Source: Armatimonadota bacterium
GTDB taxonomy: Bacteria > Armatimonadota > UBA5829 > DTLH01
NCBI GenBank assembly: GCA_038207085.1
Contig: JBBRAE010000007.1
Location: forward strand, 1-64,000
Direction: 5' to 3'
Length of the DNA: 64,000 nt
Position 1 is the stretch's first letter. The number at the start of each line of letters is the position of its first letter. A program made the position numbers and the translations under genes. Positions 38,295 through 47,857 of the stretch are shown in pieces. Under the pieces are notes generated by a model. It was given only the letters and a program-made list of their open reading frames with translations. It was not told where the DNA came from and searched no databases.

Positions 38295-39113
38295 TTAACC
38301 TCTCAGGAGACCAAGCAGCGACTGAGGCGCCTGGTTTGCCTGGGTGAGCATCGCGGTGCCTGCCTGGAGAAGGATCTGGTTTCGTGTAAACTGAACCATT
38401 TCCGACGCCATATCGGCATCTCTGATCGAGCTCTCCGATGCTGCGATGTTCTCTTTCGCAACGCCGAGGGACGTGATGTTCGACTGCAGATCGCTCTGAG
38501 TTGCACCCAACGTAGCACGCAGTGTGGATACTGTCTTGATGGCATCGTCCAGCGCGGTAATCGATGCCTGTGCGCCAGAAGAGAGATTGAGCGCATCAAT
38601 ACCCAGAGAGACAGACGAAACGCTGTCAATGTCGACCGTGGTCAACTGTTGAGCGTTGGCGCCGACCTGGAATGCCAGGCTGTTTGCGCTGCCGTCAAGC
38701 AGTGTCTTGTTGCCGAACTGAGTGTTCGTCGCGATCCTGTCGAGCGCTGCTACAGCTGAATCGAGCTGAGTCTGGTCAGCCTCAAGGGCCGTTGAGTCGT
38801 TGGTTCCTGAGTTCGCCGCGTGCAGCGAAAGGTTTCGCATTGTGCGGAGAAGGTTGTGAACTTCTGACAGGGCTCCTTCTGCCGTCCGAATCAGGTTTAC
38901 GGCGTCGCTTGAGTTGGAGATAGCCTGGCCAAGACCACTGACCTGGGCTCGCAGGTTCTCTGAGATTGCAAGACCCGCCGGGTCGTCCGCTGCGCGGTTG
39001 ATCCGGTAGCCGCTTGACAGTCTCTCGATCGATCCCGCCAGGGACTGGTCTGTGCTGGAAAGCTGTCTCTGTGCATTCATTGCCGCCGTGTTAAGGTTGA
39101 TTCGAAGTGCCAT
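38295..39113 (-). CDS. fliC: Flagellin (272 aa)
   Basis: MALRINLN..ERLSSGYRINRAADDPAGL, FQVGAN and SIRDADMASEM. Confidence 0.98.
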   Translation of the reverse strand: MALRINLNTAAMNAQRQLSSTDQSLAGSIERLSSGYRINRAADDPAGLAISENLRAQVSGLGQAISNSSDAVNLIRTAEGALSEVHNLLRTMRNLSLHAANSGTNDSTALEADQTQLDSAVAALDRIATNTQFGNKTLLDGSANSLAFQVGANAQQLTTVDIDSVSSVSLGIDALNLSSGAQASITALDDAIKTVSTLRATLGATQSDLQSNITSLGVAKENIAASESSIRDADMASEMVQFTRNQILLQAGTAMLTQANQAPQSLLGLLRG

Positions 39114-39331
39114 TGTTTATGTTCCTCCTTGAGTTTAGGTCGAGCCCCCATCCTGGTGGGCCCGTTGGGCATCCTGCCCTAGAGATTGTGTTACCGGCCT
39201 GCTTATGCCCGCCCGGTTCCTTGCGCCGGCAAATCCGGAACCGTGGGTATCAACGGGTGAGCCGTCGTTTATGGCTCCGACCACCCATGAACCTTCGTAT
39301 CTATCGCCGCGATCGCCCCCTTTCAATTCCA

Positions 39332-39400
39332 AGGCGCTACCTGCGCCGTCCTCAACAGCAGACTAAAAGGCTGCGAAAGAGCAGGCGCTACCTGCGCCGT
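39332..39400. repeat. Two direct copies of the 18-bp palindromic repeat AGGCGCTACCTGCGCCGT
   Basis: Copies at 39332-39349 and 39383-39400; a related copy GACGGCGCTATCTGCGCCGTC lies at 28417-28437. Confidence 0.8.
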
Positions 39401-39426
39401 GATATGGGAGCGGCCCCTCTGTTGTC

Positions 39427-39504
39427 TAGCCCGCTTTATTAGTGAAGCAAATAAGCTTTCGCTAACAGAGCATTATTCACGAGTAGCGTGAATAATGCGG
39501 GTTA
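39427..39504. repeat. Double-hairpin MITE-like repeat, copy E
   Basis: TAGCCCGCTTTATT..GCATTATTCACGAGTAGCGTGAATAATGCGGGTTA; overlaps the fliW stop codon. Confidence 0.92.
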
Positions 39505-39966
39505 GGCCGCCTTCGCCAGCTCTGGTGAAGACTCAACGCTCTCTTTCGCGCCTATCACGTGGCCTGTGCAGTATCTGTCATCAGAAAGCACTACCTGTGC
39601 GGCGCGAAGAGTGCGCGTATTCATAACGATCGGACCAACGAGGTTCGCTGTGACTTTGCCTGCATCCGGATAGATGGTGACCGTAGTCAGCATCGCCGCA
39701 TCAGACGAGTTTTTCAGTCCAAGGCTCGCCGCCTGGTCGTCAGGAATATCGATATCATAATCTGGGAAGAAGTCCACGGGGTTGATCACAACAAACGCGA
39801 TCCTTGGATCATCCACCGACTGCAGCCACTTGAACGCTGTGCCGGGTCGCTCCTCAAGAAGCACAAATCTCTTGCACCGCTCAATCCCGATCATCCCATC
39901 CGGCATGTCAAGCACGGACTGGTCATTTACCTCTACCGTTCCAAATCTTGTTGTCTCGACTATCAT
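39502..39966 (-). CDS. fliW: Flagellar assembly factor FliW (CsrA antagonist)
   Basis: VETTRFG, GMIG, FKWLQS, INPVDFFPDY, TANLVGPIVMN and QVVL. Confidence 0.95.
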   Translation of the reverse strand: MIVETTRFGTVEVNDQSVLDMPDGMIGIERCKRFVLLEERPGTAFKWLQSVDDPRIAFVVINPVDFFPDYDIDIPDDQAASLGLKNSSDAAMLTTVTIYPDAGKVTANLVGPIVMNTRTLRAAQVVLSDDRYCTGHVIGAKESVESSPELAKAA

Positions 39967-39992
39967 TGTGTCAGCACCCCTTAAAGCTTGGA

Positions 39993-40907
39993 TCAATTCA
40001 TATAATCTACTAAAGTCTGTTGGATAACTTTTCCGGCGGTCGAAAGGGCCGCCTGATAAACGTTCTGTTTGGTCTGGAGATCGATAATCGCTTCGGCCAT
40101 GTCCGCGTCCCTGGTCTTTGAAAGCAGGTTCTCTGTGCTCACCTTGGCATCGAGCATATTCTCCTTGGTTGTGGACAACCTGGCCTGTCTCGCACCGATC
40201 TGAGCCTGCGACGCTATCACATTGTTCAGATTGGCGTCTACACCGGTTAGGCTGCTCGATATCCCAGCCGTGTCACCCGCTTCTACCAGTTCGCTGAGAT
40301 TCTTCAGCATAGTGAATATGTCCGGTGCGCCTGCTGCGGCTGCACCGTTCATATTGAACACCGAATCGCCGTTGACCGTAGTCGTAGCGTAGTTCCCTGG
40401 CGATATCTGAATCGTGAGCTGGCCTTGGTCGCCTGCATAGTTGTAAGGCTCATTGCCTGTTGTAGTTTCAACGAACGGCTTCACGTTGCTCAAGCTTCCT
40501 GAAAAGATATAACGCCCCAGGGTCTGAGTGTTCGCCACGCTTGCAAGCTCTTCTGAGATGCCCTTGAGCTGGACCGAGATGCTCGTGCGCCCCTCTGGTG
40601 TGAGCGACGGGTTTGTCCCCTGGAGGGCAAGCTTTCTGACCTCCTGCATACGAGCTACCACGGTACCGAGAGCCGTGCTTGCCGAGTTGAGCTGGGTGGT
40701 AGCGACCTCTGTGTTGCGGCTGAACTGTGCGATCTCCGCCAGCGCTGTGTTCAGACTCATCACTCTGCCCGCGCCTGGGATATCGTCGCTCGGGCGCTGG
40801 ATGCGTTTGCCGGTCGAAGCCACGTCCTGCGCGTGGAGCATCTCCTCCGCACTTCCCATCAGGTTCGACTTGATCCGTCCGTTCATCATTCCCAGCGTGA
40901 TTCTCAT
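39993..40907 (-). CDS. flgL: Hook-associated protein 3
   Basis: MRIT..STGKRIQRPSDD, GRYIFSG and YQAAL. Confidence 0.95.
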   Translation of the reverse strand: MRITLGMMNGRIKSNLMGSAEEMLHAQDVASTGKRIQRPSDDIPGAGRVMSLNTALAEIAQFSRNTEVATTQLNSASTALGTVVARMQEVRKLALQGTNPSLTPEGRTSISVQLKGISEELASVANTQTLGRYIFSGSLSNVKPFVETTTGNEPYNYAGDQGQLTIQISPGNYATTTVNGDSVFNMNGAAAAGAPDIFTMLKNLSELVEAGDTAGISSSLTGVDANLNNVIASQAQIGARQARLSTTKENMLDAKVSTENLLSKTRDADMAEAIIDLQTKQNVYQAALSTAGKVIQQTLVDYMN

Positions 40908-40910
40908 CTA

Positions 40911-42302
40911 TTATCTCCCGACCGTCCCGAGTCTGTTGATGACCACGTCGATCATTTCGTCTATGGTAGTAACCATCCTCGCACACGCCGCATAGGCCTT
41001 CTGGTATTTGATCATGTTCAGCATCTCTTCATCGAGCGATACGCCCGAGACGGACTCCCGCTGGTTCGAAAGCTGTTCAAGTGATAGACCTTGCACGCTT
41101 GATGTGCTCTTCGACTCTCTGGCCAATGATCCGATCTGACTCACCAGACCGATATAGAAACTGTTCGCAGTGTCGCCATCGATGTTCCGCGCGTCTTTCA
41201 GCGCCGCAATATCCTGTGCGAGCACGTTGTCGCCCTGGCGGCCCGTGTAAGACGTCACCACAAGCCGTGGTTTGTCTATAAGAGTCCGCTCCACCGACAT
41301 GTTCGACCCGTTGGTTCCTGCGACGAAGAAGTTTCCGGCAGGTTGGCCGTCGCTCGTGAGACCCTTTGAGTAGGTCGCGTTCACCGACTCGACCAGCCCT
41401 GAAGCGAGCTTGTCGAGCGAGCCGATGTAGTTCTCGATAATAGTATCGCGAGTCTCCATACGGCCTTGCAGAGCGCCGCCCTTAGCGCCAATCGACGTGC
41501 CGTCCGCCCAGGTAACCTGCGACCACTTATCGGAATCTTCCGTCACCTGCACATCGTTCACGTAAGTCCCCTGGACTAGAATCTTGCCGTTAATCGTAAG
41601 CATCATTTCGGAGCCGGGTTTACCGCTCGCTGAAATATTAACGATCTTCGACAGCTCATCCAAAAGAATATCTCTTCGATCCATCAGGTCATTCGGTGTG
41701 AATGAGCCGGTAGCCGACTGGCCGATGCTCTGATTTAGATCAGCGATCTCGTGGGCGATTCTGTTGATCGACGCTGCGTCGTCCTTGATCTGGTCATCGA
41801 GATTAAACTGCATATTCCGCAGGTCACTGCGAAGCGTTCCTATTCTCTGAGACACCTCAGTGCCGTATTCGACGACGGCAGCGCGAGCCGGAACACTCTC
41901 GGGAGAAGCCGACAGCTCCTGCCAGGAGTTCCAGAACTTATCTAGCACGCTTGAAAGACCGTTATCGCTCGGCTCACCAAAAATGGCCTCCACCTGTTCC
42001 AGGGACTGGTTCTTCGCGTCCCAGCTTCCCACGTTCTGATTGGCGGTGCGCACCTGGCCGTCGATAAAGCTTGATTGCATTCGCCTGACTTCAACCACTT
42101 CGACGCCGGTTCCAAGCTTAGGAGTGCCGGGACCGTTCACCGAAAACGCGCCGTTGATCACCATACCGGGCCGGAGGACGGCCTCCTGTCGCCTGTAGCC
42201 TTCGGTGCTCGCGTTGGCGATGTTGTGGGCCGTAACGTCCAAAGCAAACTGCTGTGCACGTAGACCACTCAACGCTACTTCAAGACCAAAAGACAGTGAC
42301 AA
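40911..42302 (-). CDS. flgK: Hook-associated protein 1
   Basis: LSGLRAQQ..HNIANASTEGYRRQ and SVSGVSLDEEM..YQKAY. Confidence 0.96.
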   Translation of the reverse strand: MSLSFGLEVALSGLRAQQFALDVTAHNIANASTEGYRRQEAVLRPGMVINGAFSVNGPGTPKLGTGVEVVEVRRMQSSFIDGQVRTANQNVGSWDAKNQSLEQVEAIFGEPSDNGLSSVLDKFWNSWQELSASPESVPARAAVVEYGTEVSQRIGTLRSDLRNMQFNLDDQIKDDAASINRIAHEIADLNQSIGQSATGSFTPNDLMDRRDILLDELSKIVNISASGKPGSEMMLTINGKILVQGTYVNDVQVTEDSDKWSQVTWADGTSIGAKGGALQGRMETRDTIIENYIGSLDKLASGLVESVNATYSKGLTSDGQPAGNFFVAGTNGSNMSVERTLIDKPRLVVTSYTGRQGDNVLAQDIAALKDARNIDGDTANSFYIGLVSQIGSLARESKSTSSVQGLSLEQLSNQRESVSGVSLDEEMLNMIKYQKAYAACARMVTTIDEMIDVVINRLGTVGR

Positions 42303-42317
42303 GTAATTCCTCCGTAC

Positions 42318-42396
42318 TAACCCGCTCTATTCGCTTTACGAATAGAGCTATGGCTAGTGATGCATCATTCACGCTTCTCGTGAATAACGCGGGCTA
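42318..42396. repeat. Double-hairpin MITE-like repeat, copy F (diverged)
   Basis: TAACCCGCTCTATTCG..CGAATAGAGC..GCATCATTCACG..CGTGAATAACGCGGGCTA; overlaps the flgN stop codon. Confidence 0.88.
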
Positions 42397-42867
42397 GACC
42401 TTCAGGTCCAGCATAAGCGCCTGCGCCGCCGAGTCCCTATCGCCCCCGGTGGGGCTGTCGTAGGACTGCTTGGTAGATGCAAGCTGCGAGAAAATCTTCA
42501 TTGAGAAACCGACGAACTCAGCGGCGTTTATCAAGAGCTGCTTGTTCGCGTCCACAAGATCCCTGAGCTTTCGCGCTGCCTCTCCGGCACGCTTCTCAAG
42601 CTCTTTTCTCTTTGCTTCAAACTCCGGGGCAAGCCCACCTGTGTCGGCTGCTGCCAGAGCCTCTTCAAGCTCTTTCTCACGCCTGGCAAGAGATTCGATC
42701 CCGATCAGGACCGGCTCGTGCTCGGCGATGTTTTCCATCAGGACTTCGTGTCTGCCGCTTACCAAAATCCCCTGCTGCTCCTGTGCGAGCGCTGCAAGCT
42801 CTTCGTATCGGGCCACGCGCTTCGTGAGCGTGTCGATCAGTTCCTGGCAAATCGTGTCTGTTCGCAT
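42394..42867 (-). CDS. flgN: Flagellar chaperone FlgN
   Basis: Lies between flgM and flgK; helical, with NKQLL..Y..LDLKV tail. Confidence 0.8.
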   Translation of the reverse strand: MRTDTICQELIDTLTKRVARYEELAALAQEQQGILVSGRHEVLMENIAEHEPVLIGIESLARREKELEEALAAADTGGLAPEFEAKRKELEKRAGEAARKLRDLVDANKQLLINAAEFVGFSMKIFSQLASTKQSYDSPTGGDRDSAAQALMLDLKV

Positions 42868-42877
42868 AAGTCTTCGA

Positions 42878-43165
42878 CTATCCTCCGAACCCTGCGCCGC
42901 AGATCATTGCGTCTGCGATATCGGACGATTCGGTCCGATACTGCCCGCTCTGGACCGCACTTTGCAGGCTGCTTACAACATCCTCGCGCACTGCGGGAGT
43001 CTCTGAGAGATAATCTCTTACTTTCTGCATATCGCGAGCCTTTGGTGAGAGCACCAACTGATCGGGTTCGCCAGCAGCAGCCATCCTGGGCTTGCTTGTC
43101 GCCGCGTATACCCGGTGCAGGTGCACCTCAAGAACCTTGTTTATTTGTGTGTTGGAAATATGCAT
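42878..43165 (-). CDS. flgM: Anti-sigma28 factor FlgM
   Basis: DQLVLS..VREDVV..VQSGQY....IADAM. Confidence 0.88.
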   Translation of the reverse strand: MHISNTQINKVLEVHLHRVYAATSKPRMAAAGEPDQLVLSPKARDMQKVRDYLSETPAVREDVVSSLQSAVQSGQYRTESSDIADAMICGAGFGG

Positions 43166-43205
43166 CGGTCAGCATCCTTTCGTTCCGAGCGGTTCCTGGT
43201 CAGTC

Positions 43206-43580
43206 CTATTTCCTTCCATTAAGTGTATCGACAGTACTCAGCGATACTTTAGCGATATTTCTCGTTGCAAGCTGATCGTAGAGCACTTCGGCAAGCCCAA
43301 GTGAACTCGACTGAGACGCATCCTTCATCATCTCGTCGTCGAGCATTCCCTGGAACATATCCTCGGTCTCTTTGGATCCGAAGAGGTCGTTCTTGGGGAT
43401 CGTGGCGCGCATCTCTTTCATCATCTGATTGAGAAGCATCGCCTCAAAGCCCTGGCACGCATCCTTGAGCCTCGAATCGTCTCCAGCCCCGATACTCTGC
43501 AGCTTTGCCGCAACTCCAAGCTTGGAGTCTGCAGCAGACATAGCAACCCTGCGACCAACATTTAGCATATCGACATTCAC
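43206..43580 (-). CDS. flgJ: FlgJ-like rod-binding protein (no muramidase domain)
   Basis: LKDACQGFEAMLLNQMMKEMR..FQGMLD..LGLAEVLYDQL. Confidence 0.85.
   Translation of the reverse strand: MNVDMLNVGRRVAMSAADSKLGVAAKLQSIGAGDDSRLKDACQGFEAMLLNQMMKEMRATIPKNDLFGSKETEDMFQGMLDDEMMKDASQSSSLGLAEVLYDQLATRNIAKVSLSTVDTLNGRK
43225..43251 (-). promoter_or_regulatory. Sigma28-type promoter for flgM
   Basis: Minus strand TAAA-15 bp-GTCGATAC. Confidence 0.75.
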
Positions 43581-43588
43581 GACATCAC

Positions 43589-44701
43589 CTATATCACGTC
43601 CAGCTCGGCGTGGAGAGCCCCTGCCTGCTTGAGTGCCTGAAGAATCGCTACTATGTCGCGAGGAGTGACTTTGAGCTCATTCAGTGCCCGCACGAGGTCT
43701 TCGAGCGTGCTGCCGGTATTGAGCTGCACGAGATGTGCCCGGTCCTCGGTCGCCGTAACGGTGGTCTGTGGCACCACCACGGTGTCGCCACTGTTTGAGA
43801 ACGGCTGCGGCTGCGAGACCTGGTTCTCGGTCGCAATCTCGACGCTCAGGTTGCCGTGGGAGATCGCAACGGGAGACATCTGCACGCCTCCACCGATCAC
43901 CACCGTCCCTGTGCGTTCGTTCACGATCACCTTTGCGATCATGGACTGTGTGACCATCAGCTCGCCGAGATCCGCGATCAGGTTCGTCGGGTTGACGCCA
44001 TCGCCGCACTTCACTTCCACCGTTGCCGCGTCGACCGCCGTCGCGTTTCCTGTTCCCAGTCTTGATTCAACGGCCTTGGCGACTCGAACTGCGGTGTTAA
44101 AATCGGGGTTATTCAAGAGAATGTTCATCGCTCCATTGCTTACAAGAGAGGTCGGAACAGACTGCTCGATTATCGCGCCGTCAGGGATTCGCCCGACGGT
44201 GGGATGGTTCTTCGTCACCTTGTTTCCGTCACCGCCTGCAGTGAACCCGCCGACGGAGACTGCGCCCTGGGCGACCGCATAGACCCCACCGTTTGCCGCC
44301 TGAAGAGGCGTCTGCAGAAGCATCCCGCCCTGCAGGCTCTTGGCGTCTCCGAGCGAGGAAACAGTGATATCTATCTTGCTGCCGGGCCGCACAAACGGAG
44401 GAAGCTCTGCCGTCACCATAACGGCGGCGACGTTCTTCACCTTGAGCCTGGCAAGCGGGACAGTGATCCCATACCTCTGGAGCATGTTCGCGACTGCCTG
44501 AGCTGTAAACTGTGACTGCTGGCTGTCGCCGCTTGCATCGAGTCCTACGATGATCCCGTAGCCGATGAGCTGGTTGCTCCGAACGCCTTCAAACCGAGCC
44601 ACGTCTTTGACCTTGACAAACTGATCAGAAACACCCGCTGGGCATACCGCGAAGACCAGTAGGATTGATGTGATATAGACAATTGCGTTTTTTGTTCGCA
44701 T
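43589..44701 (-). CDS. flgI: Flagellar P-ring protein
   Basis: GVRSNQLIGYGIIVGL, KNVAAVMVTA, VIVNERTGTVV and ILQALKQAGAL. Confidence 0.97.
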   Translation of the reverse strand: MRTKNAIVYITSILLVFAVCPAGVSDQFVKVKDVARFEGVRSNQLIGYGIIVGLDASGDSQQSQFTAQAVANMLQRYGITVPLARLKVKNVAAVMVTAELPPFVRPGSKIDITVSSLGDAKSLQGGMLLQTPLQAANGGVYAVAQGAVSVGGFTAGGDGNKVTKNHPTVGRIPDGAIIEQSVPTSLVSNGAMNILLNNPDFNTAVRVAKAVESRLGTGNATAVDAATVEVKCGDGVNPTNLIADLGELMVTQSMIAKVIVNERTGTVVIGGGVQMSPVAISHGNLSVEIATENQVSQPQPFSNSGDTVVVPQTTVTATEDRAHLVQLNTGSTLEDLVRALNELKVTPRDIVAILQALKQAGALHAELDVI

Positions 44702-44716
44702 CTGTTTGCTCCTCAT

Positions 44717-45298
44717 TTAGAAGACATACCGAAGGAGCTTGCTGAAGAAGCCTTCCTTCTGTCTGTCGCCGATAGGACCCTTGCCGTTGAACTTTATTAC
44801 AACGTCTGCCAGGTATGTCGAAAGCACTGAGTTGTCCTGGTTCACGTCCTGTGGGCGGACGACTCCGGTCAGAACGATGTCCTGCTTCTCCCCATTTGTT
44901 ATGACCACCCTGCTTGCCTGCACGACGAGGTTCCCGTTCGGGAGCACGTCGATAACAGTAGCAGTAACCTTGGTAGCAAAACTGCTTGTTACGGTGTTGC
45001 TTCCATTGGCAGTTCCCTTCTGGGCACTCTTGAAGTTGATATCCGGTAACAGGTTGATTGGGAAGGGCCCTACACCCGCCGCATTGTTGTGCTCAAATGC
45101 CTTGGCATAGTCGGAGCTTTCAGCTAAAGATGAGGACGACTCCTCAATAATCACGATAGTAAGCAAATCACCGGCGCGCCGTGCTTTCTGGTCCTCGAAT
45201 ATGCTCTTACTCGACGTGCTCCAGAGTGACTCCGCAGACGCCGGTGCGATAGCGATGAGTATAAGAATAGCTGCTATAGCTTTTGCAACGTTTGACAT
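44717..45298 (-). CDS. flgH: Flagellar L-ring protein
   Basis: FEDQKARRAGDLLTI, VLPNGNL and GVVRPQDV..N.VLS. Confidence 0.93.
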   Translation of the reverse strand: MSNVAKAIAAILILIAIAPASAESLWSTSSKSIFEDQKARRAGDLLTIVIIEESSSSLAESSDYAKAFEHNNAAGVGPFPINLLPDINFKSAQKGTANGSNTVTSSFATKVTATVIDVLPNGNLVVQASRVVITNGEKQDIVLTGVVRPQDVNQDNSVLSTYLADVVIKFNGKGPIGDRQKEGFFSKLLRYVF

Positions 45299-45300
45299 TG

Positions 45301-46269
45301 TTAACTCCTCTTAGCCAATCGTATCTCAACAAGGCCAGACTCCACTACCTTGGCGCGGATCTCTCTCAGGTCACCGGACAGCTTCACTTTGATGGTGTCT
45401 CCGGGTCTGCCGTCAGCGGCTGCGACTCCCTTGTCGGAAATGCATATCGTGTCACCTCGCACAACCACGGTCACCTTGTCGCCAGCCTTGATCGCCATCG
45501 CCTCGGTCACCCATGACCTGCGCACGACTGTTCCGACCGGAATCGACTGCGTCGCAGTCGACCCGTCCACCGGCATCTGCGAGAGCGCGTCCTCACTGGC
45601 AGTGGTGACCTCTCTTGTGTCCAGGGCGGAGTTCGATGAATCTATCACTCCACCTCTCGCAATCGGCTGGGTTGCGATCACGACCGGCGCAAACACCCTG
45701 ATATTCACCGCGATATATAGCGTAGAGTAGACCTGTCCGTCGACAAGAATATCGACCGGGAAGCTGGCCCTGCCCTTGCGCGGTTTCGAACCGTTATCAC
45801 GCACCCGAATCTCAAGCGGGCCCGTAGGCACTACCTGCTCATTTGGGAGCCTCACCGACTCGACCTCTGCGTTTCCAGTCCAGGTCTTGTTCGCATTCAC
45901 GAACTCTCTGACGGTGTCAAAGAGCGCCTGTCCCGGAATCCGACTTACCGCGCGGGAGACTGTCGCCTGCGCCGGGCAAAGCAGCCCGACTGTGCCGTCT
46001 GCGATGCCATACTTACGGATCGTCACCAGGAGCTGCTCACGAGTAAGCACCCTGCTTCGACCGGCAAGAGGAGCCGCACAGACCGAGATTTCCGCGATCT
46101 TGGTCGCAAGAGCTGCGTTCTTGCTCTTTACGACCGCGATGTCTCCGAGCTTCACATCGGTCGTCGACACTTCGGTCATCGGGCGGACCATCACGTCCAC
46201 CAGCGGAGCTGAAACCACCGCGCTGGCTGCGAGTATCGCGATTATCAAGCTGTTAACGAGTCGTTTCAT
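45301..46269 (-). CDS. flgA: P-ring formation chaperone FlgA
   Basis: VKLGDIA N-terminal domain, SAF-like VVIATQPIARG, and GDKV..G.AAADG..GDTIKV. Confidence 0.9.
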   Translation of the reverse strand: MKRLVNSLIIAILAASAVVSAPLVDVMVRPMTEVSTTDVKLGDIAVVKSKNAALATKIAEISVCAAPLAGRSRVLTREQLLVTIRKYGIADGTVGLLCPAQATVSRAVSRIPGQALFDTVREFVNANKTWTGNAEVESVRLPNEQVVPTGPLEIRVRDNGSKPRKGRASFPVDILVDGQVYSTLYIAVNIRVFAPVVIATQPIARGGVIDSSNSALDTREVTTASEDALSQMPVDGSTATQSIPVGTVVRRSWVTEAMAIKAGDKVTVVVRGDTICISDKGVAAADGRPGDTIKVKLSGDLREIRAKVVESGLVEIRLAKRS

Positions 46270-46278
46270 CGGTTTACC

Positions 46279-47064
46279 TTAACGCCTCAGATTGTTTGCT
46301 ATGTTCAGCATATCGTCAGCGGTCTGAATCGCTTTGGAGTTGACTTCATAGGCGCGCTGGGCGACAATCATATTGACCATCTCTTCAACGACCTTCACAT
46401 TTGACATTTCGAGCATCTGGCTCTGAATGGTGCCAATGCCGTCATCGCCCGGTCCACCGACTACCGCATCACCGGAGGCCGCCGTGGATTCATACAGGTT
46501 CCGACCTATACTCGAAAGGCCCGCGGGGTTGGAGAACTTCGCAAGTGAGACCTTTCCAAGCTCTCTTGAGGATTCGCCCGGGAACTTCGCCGAGACAGTT
46601 CCGTCGATGCCGATGCTCACATCAAGCGCATCCGCCGGGATCACGACTTCTGGCTCAAGCGGGAAACCGTCGCTTGTCACCATCCGACCGGTGCTGTCTT
46701 TCTTGAAGCTGCCGTCGCGGGTATATCCGGTCTGGCCGTTTGGCTGAATGACCTGGAAGAAGCCATCACCTTCGATAACCATATCAAGCGGATTGTCGGA
46801 GTGCTGATAGTCACCCTGTGTAAAAATCTTCTGAGTTGCGCCGTACTGGGTTCCAAGACCCACCTGGATGCCGGTCGGCACCTGCGCCCCTTGCGCTTCG
46901 GACGCGCCTGCCGGCTGCAGGGTTTGGTAGAGCAGGTCCTGAAAGTCGACCCGGCTCTTCTTGAACCCTGGTGTGTTGACGTTCGCGAGGTTGTTCGAAA
47001 TAACGTCGATATTAAGCTGCTGAGCCTCCATACCGGTGGCGGCAGTCCAAAGTGCTCTGATCAT
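46279..47064 (-). CDS. flgG: Distal rod protein FlgG
   Basis: [29 protein letters not shown] and [13 protein letters not shown]. Confidence 0.97.
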   Translation of the reverse strand: MIRALWTAATGMEAQQLNIDVISNNLANVNTPGFKKSRVDFQDLLYQTLQPAGASEAQGAQVPTGIQVGLGTQYGATQKIFTQGDYQHSDNPLDMVIEGDGFFQVIQPNGQTGYTRDGSFKKDSTGRMVTSDGFPLEPEVVIPADALDVSIGIDGTVSAKFPGESSRELGKVSLAKFSNPAGLSSIGRNLYESTAASGDAVVGGPGDDGIGTIQSQMLEMSNVKVVEEMVNMIVAQRAYEVNSKAIQTADDMLNIANNLRR

Positions 47065-47076
47065 CTAGTGGTCCTC

Positions 47077-47748
47077 CTAACCGGGTCGCCCGGTCTGGTT
47101 TATAACTTTGTCTAAGGTTTGGTCGAGATTTTGTATAGCTTTCTGATTGGCTTCATAGGCTCGCAGAGCGGAGATCATCGATACCATCTCCTCCACCGCG
47201 TTCACGTTGGAGCCTTCCAGCCTTCCCTGAAGAACACGCCCCCGCTCTTTGCCGTCCGTTCCGGAGATTCGGAGCCTGTCGACGACTTTGCCGTCCACGC
47301 GAATACTCCCATCAGGATCCACCTTCCAGCTTGCCCCTGAGACACGGACCGGGCCGTTTTGCCCTAAAACTGGGACATCATCCGAGGTAACAAGCGTTCC
47401 TCTGTCTGAGATGTGAAAGTTGCCGGTGCGGGTAAACTCGGGGGACTCTTTGGAGCCGATCACAAAGAACCCGGGGCCATCAATGGCGAGGTTAGAGGGA
47501 TCGGAAGTGTCGGCAATCATCCCCGCGCGTTCATCCGTAGAGCCAAAGGCGTGCGGAATGACGCACCCAGGTGAGCGCCGTTCTGTAGAAAGAACACTCT
47601 TGTCCGCATCATCAAGCTGCGCTGAAAAGCTGAGCGACGTACGCTTGAAGCCCGGGGTATTGGTGTTCGCTAGATTGTGAGAGATTGCATCCTGCACTTC
47701 AATCTGCCCGAGCATCCCTGCTGCGGAACTATATAAACCATTAATCAC
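47077..47748 (-). CDS. flgF: Rod protein FlgF-like
   Basis: GTG start with GGAGG RBS; GLYSSAAGM..NLANTNTPGFK and LEGSNVNAVEEM. Confidence 0.88.
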   Translation of the reverse strand: MINGLYSSAAGMLGQIEVQDAISHNLANTNTPGFKRTSLSFSAQLDDADKSVLSTERRSPGCVIPHAFGSTDERAGMIADTSDPSNLAIDGPGFFVIGSKESPEFTRTGNFHISDRGTLVTSDDVPVLGQNGPVRVSGASWKVDPDGSIRVDGKVVDRLRISGTDGKERGRVLQGRLEGSNVNAVEEMVSMISALRAYEANQKAIQNLDQTLDKVINQTGRPG

Positions 47749-47769
47749 TTTAGGCAACCTCCGTGCTAT

Positions 47770-47797
47770 ATGTCGACAGGTTGCGTGCAAGACTTTA
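47770..47797 (-). promoter_or_regulatory. Sigma28-like promoter upstream of flgF
   Basis: Minus strand TAAA-16 bp-GTCGACAT. Confidence 0.55.
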
Positions 47798-47857
47798 GCA
47801 GTATTTTTACCAGGTGGGGATTTATTTTCAGGGGAAAGTAAGAAACGCGACAAAAGA

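Noticed and set aside
39190..39260. Possible c-di-GMP-I riboswitch upstream of fliC
   Set aside because: Only a GGCGCAAG fragment resembles the consensus; the P2 GNRA loop and receptor are not evident. cmscan would be needed to settle it.
39332..39400. Mini-CRISPR (two repeats with a 33-bp spacer)
   Set aside because: Only two 18-bp repeats and no cas genes; a related copy occurs singly elsewhere.
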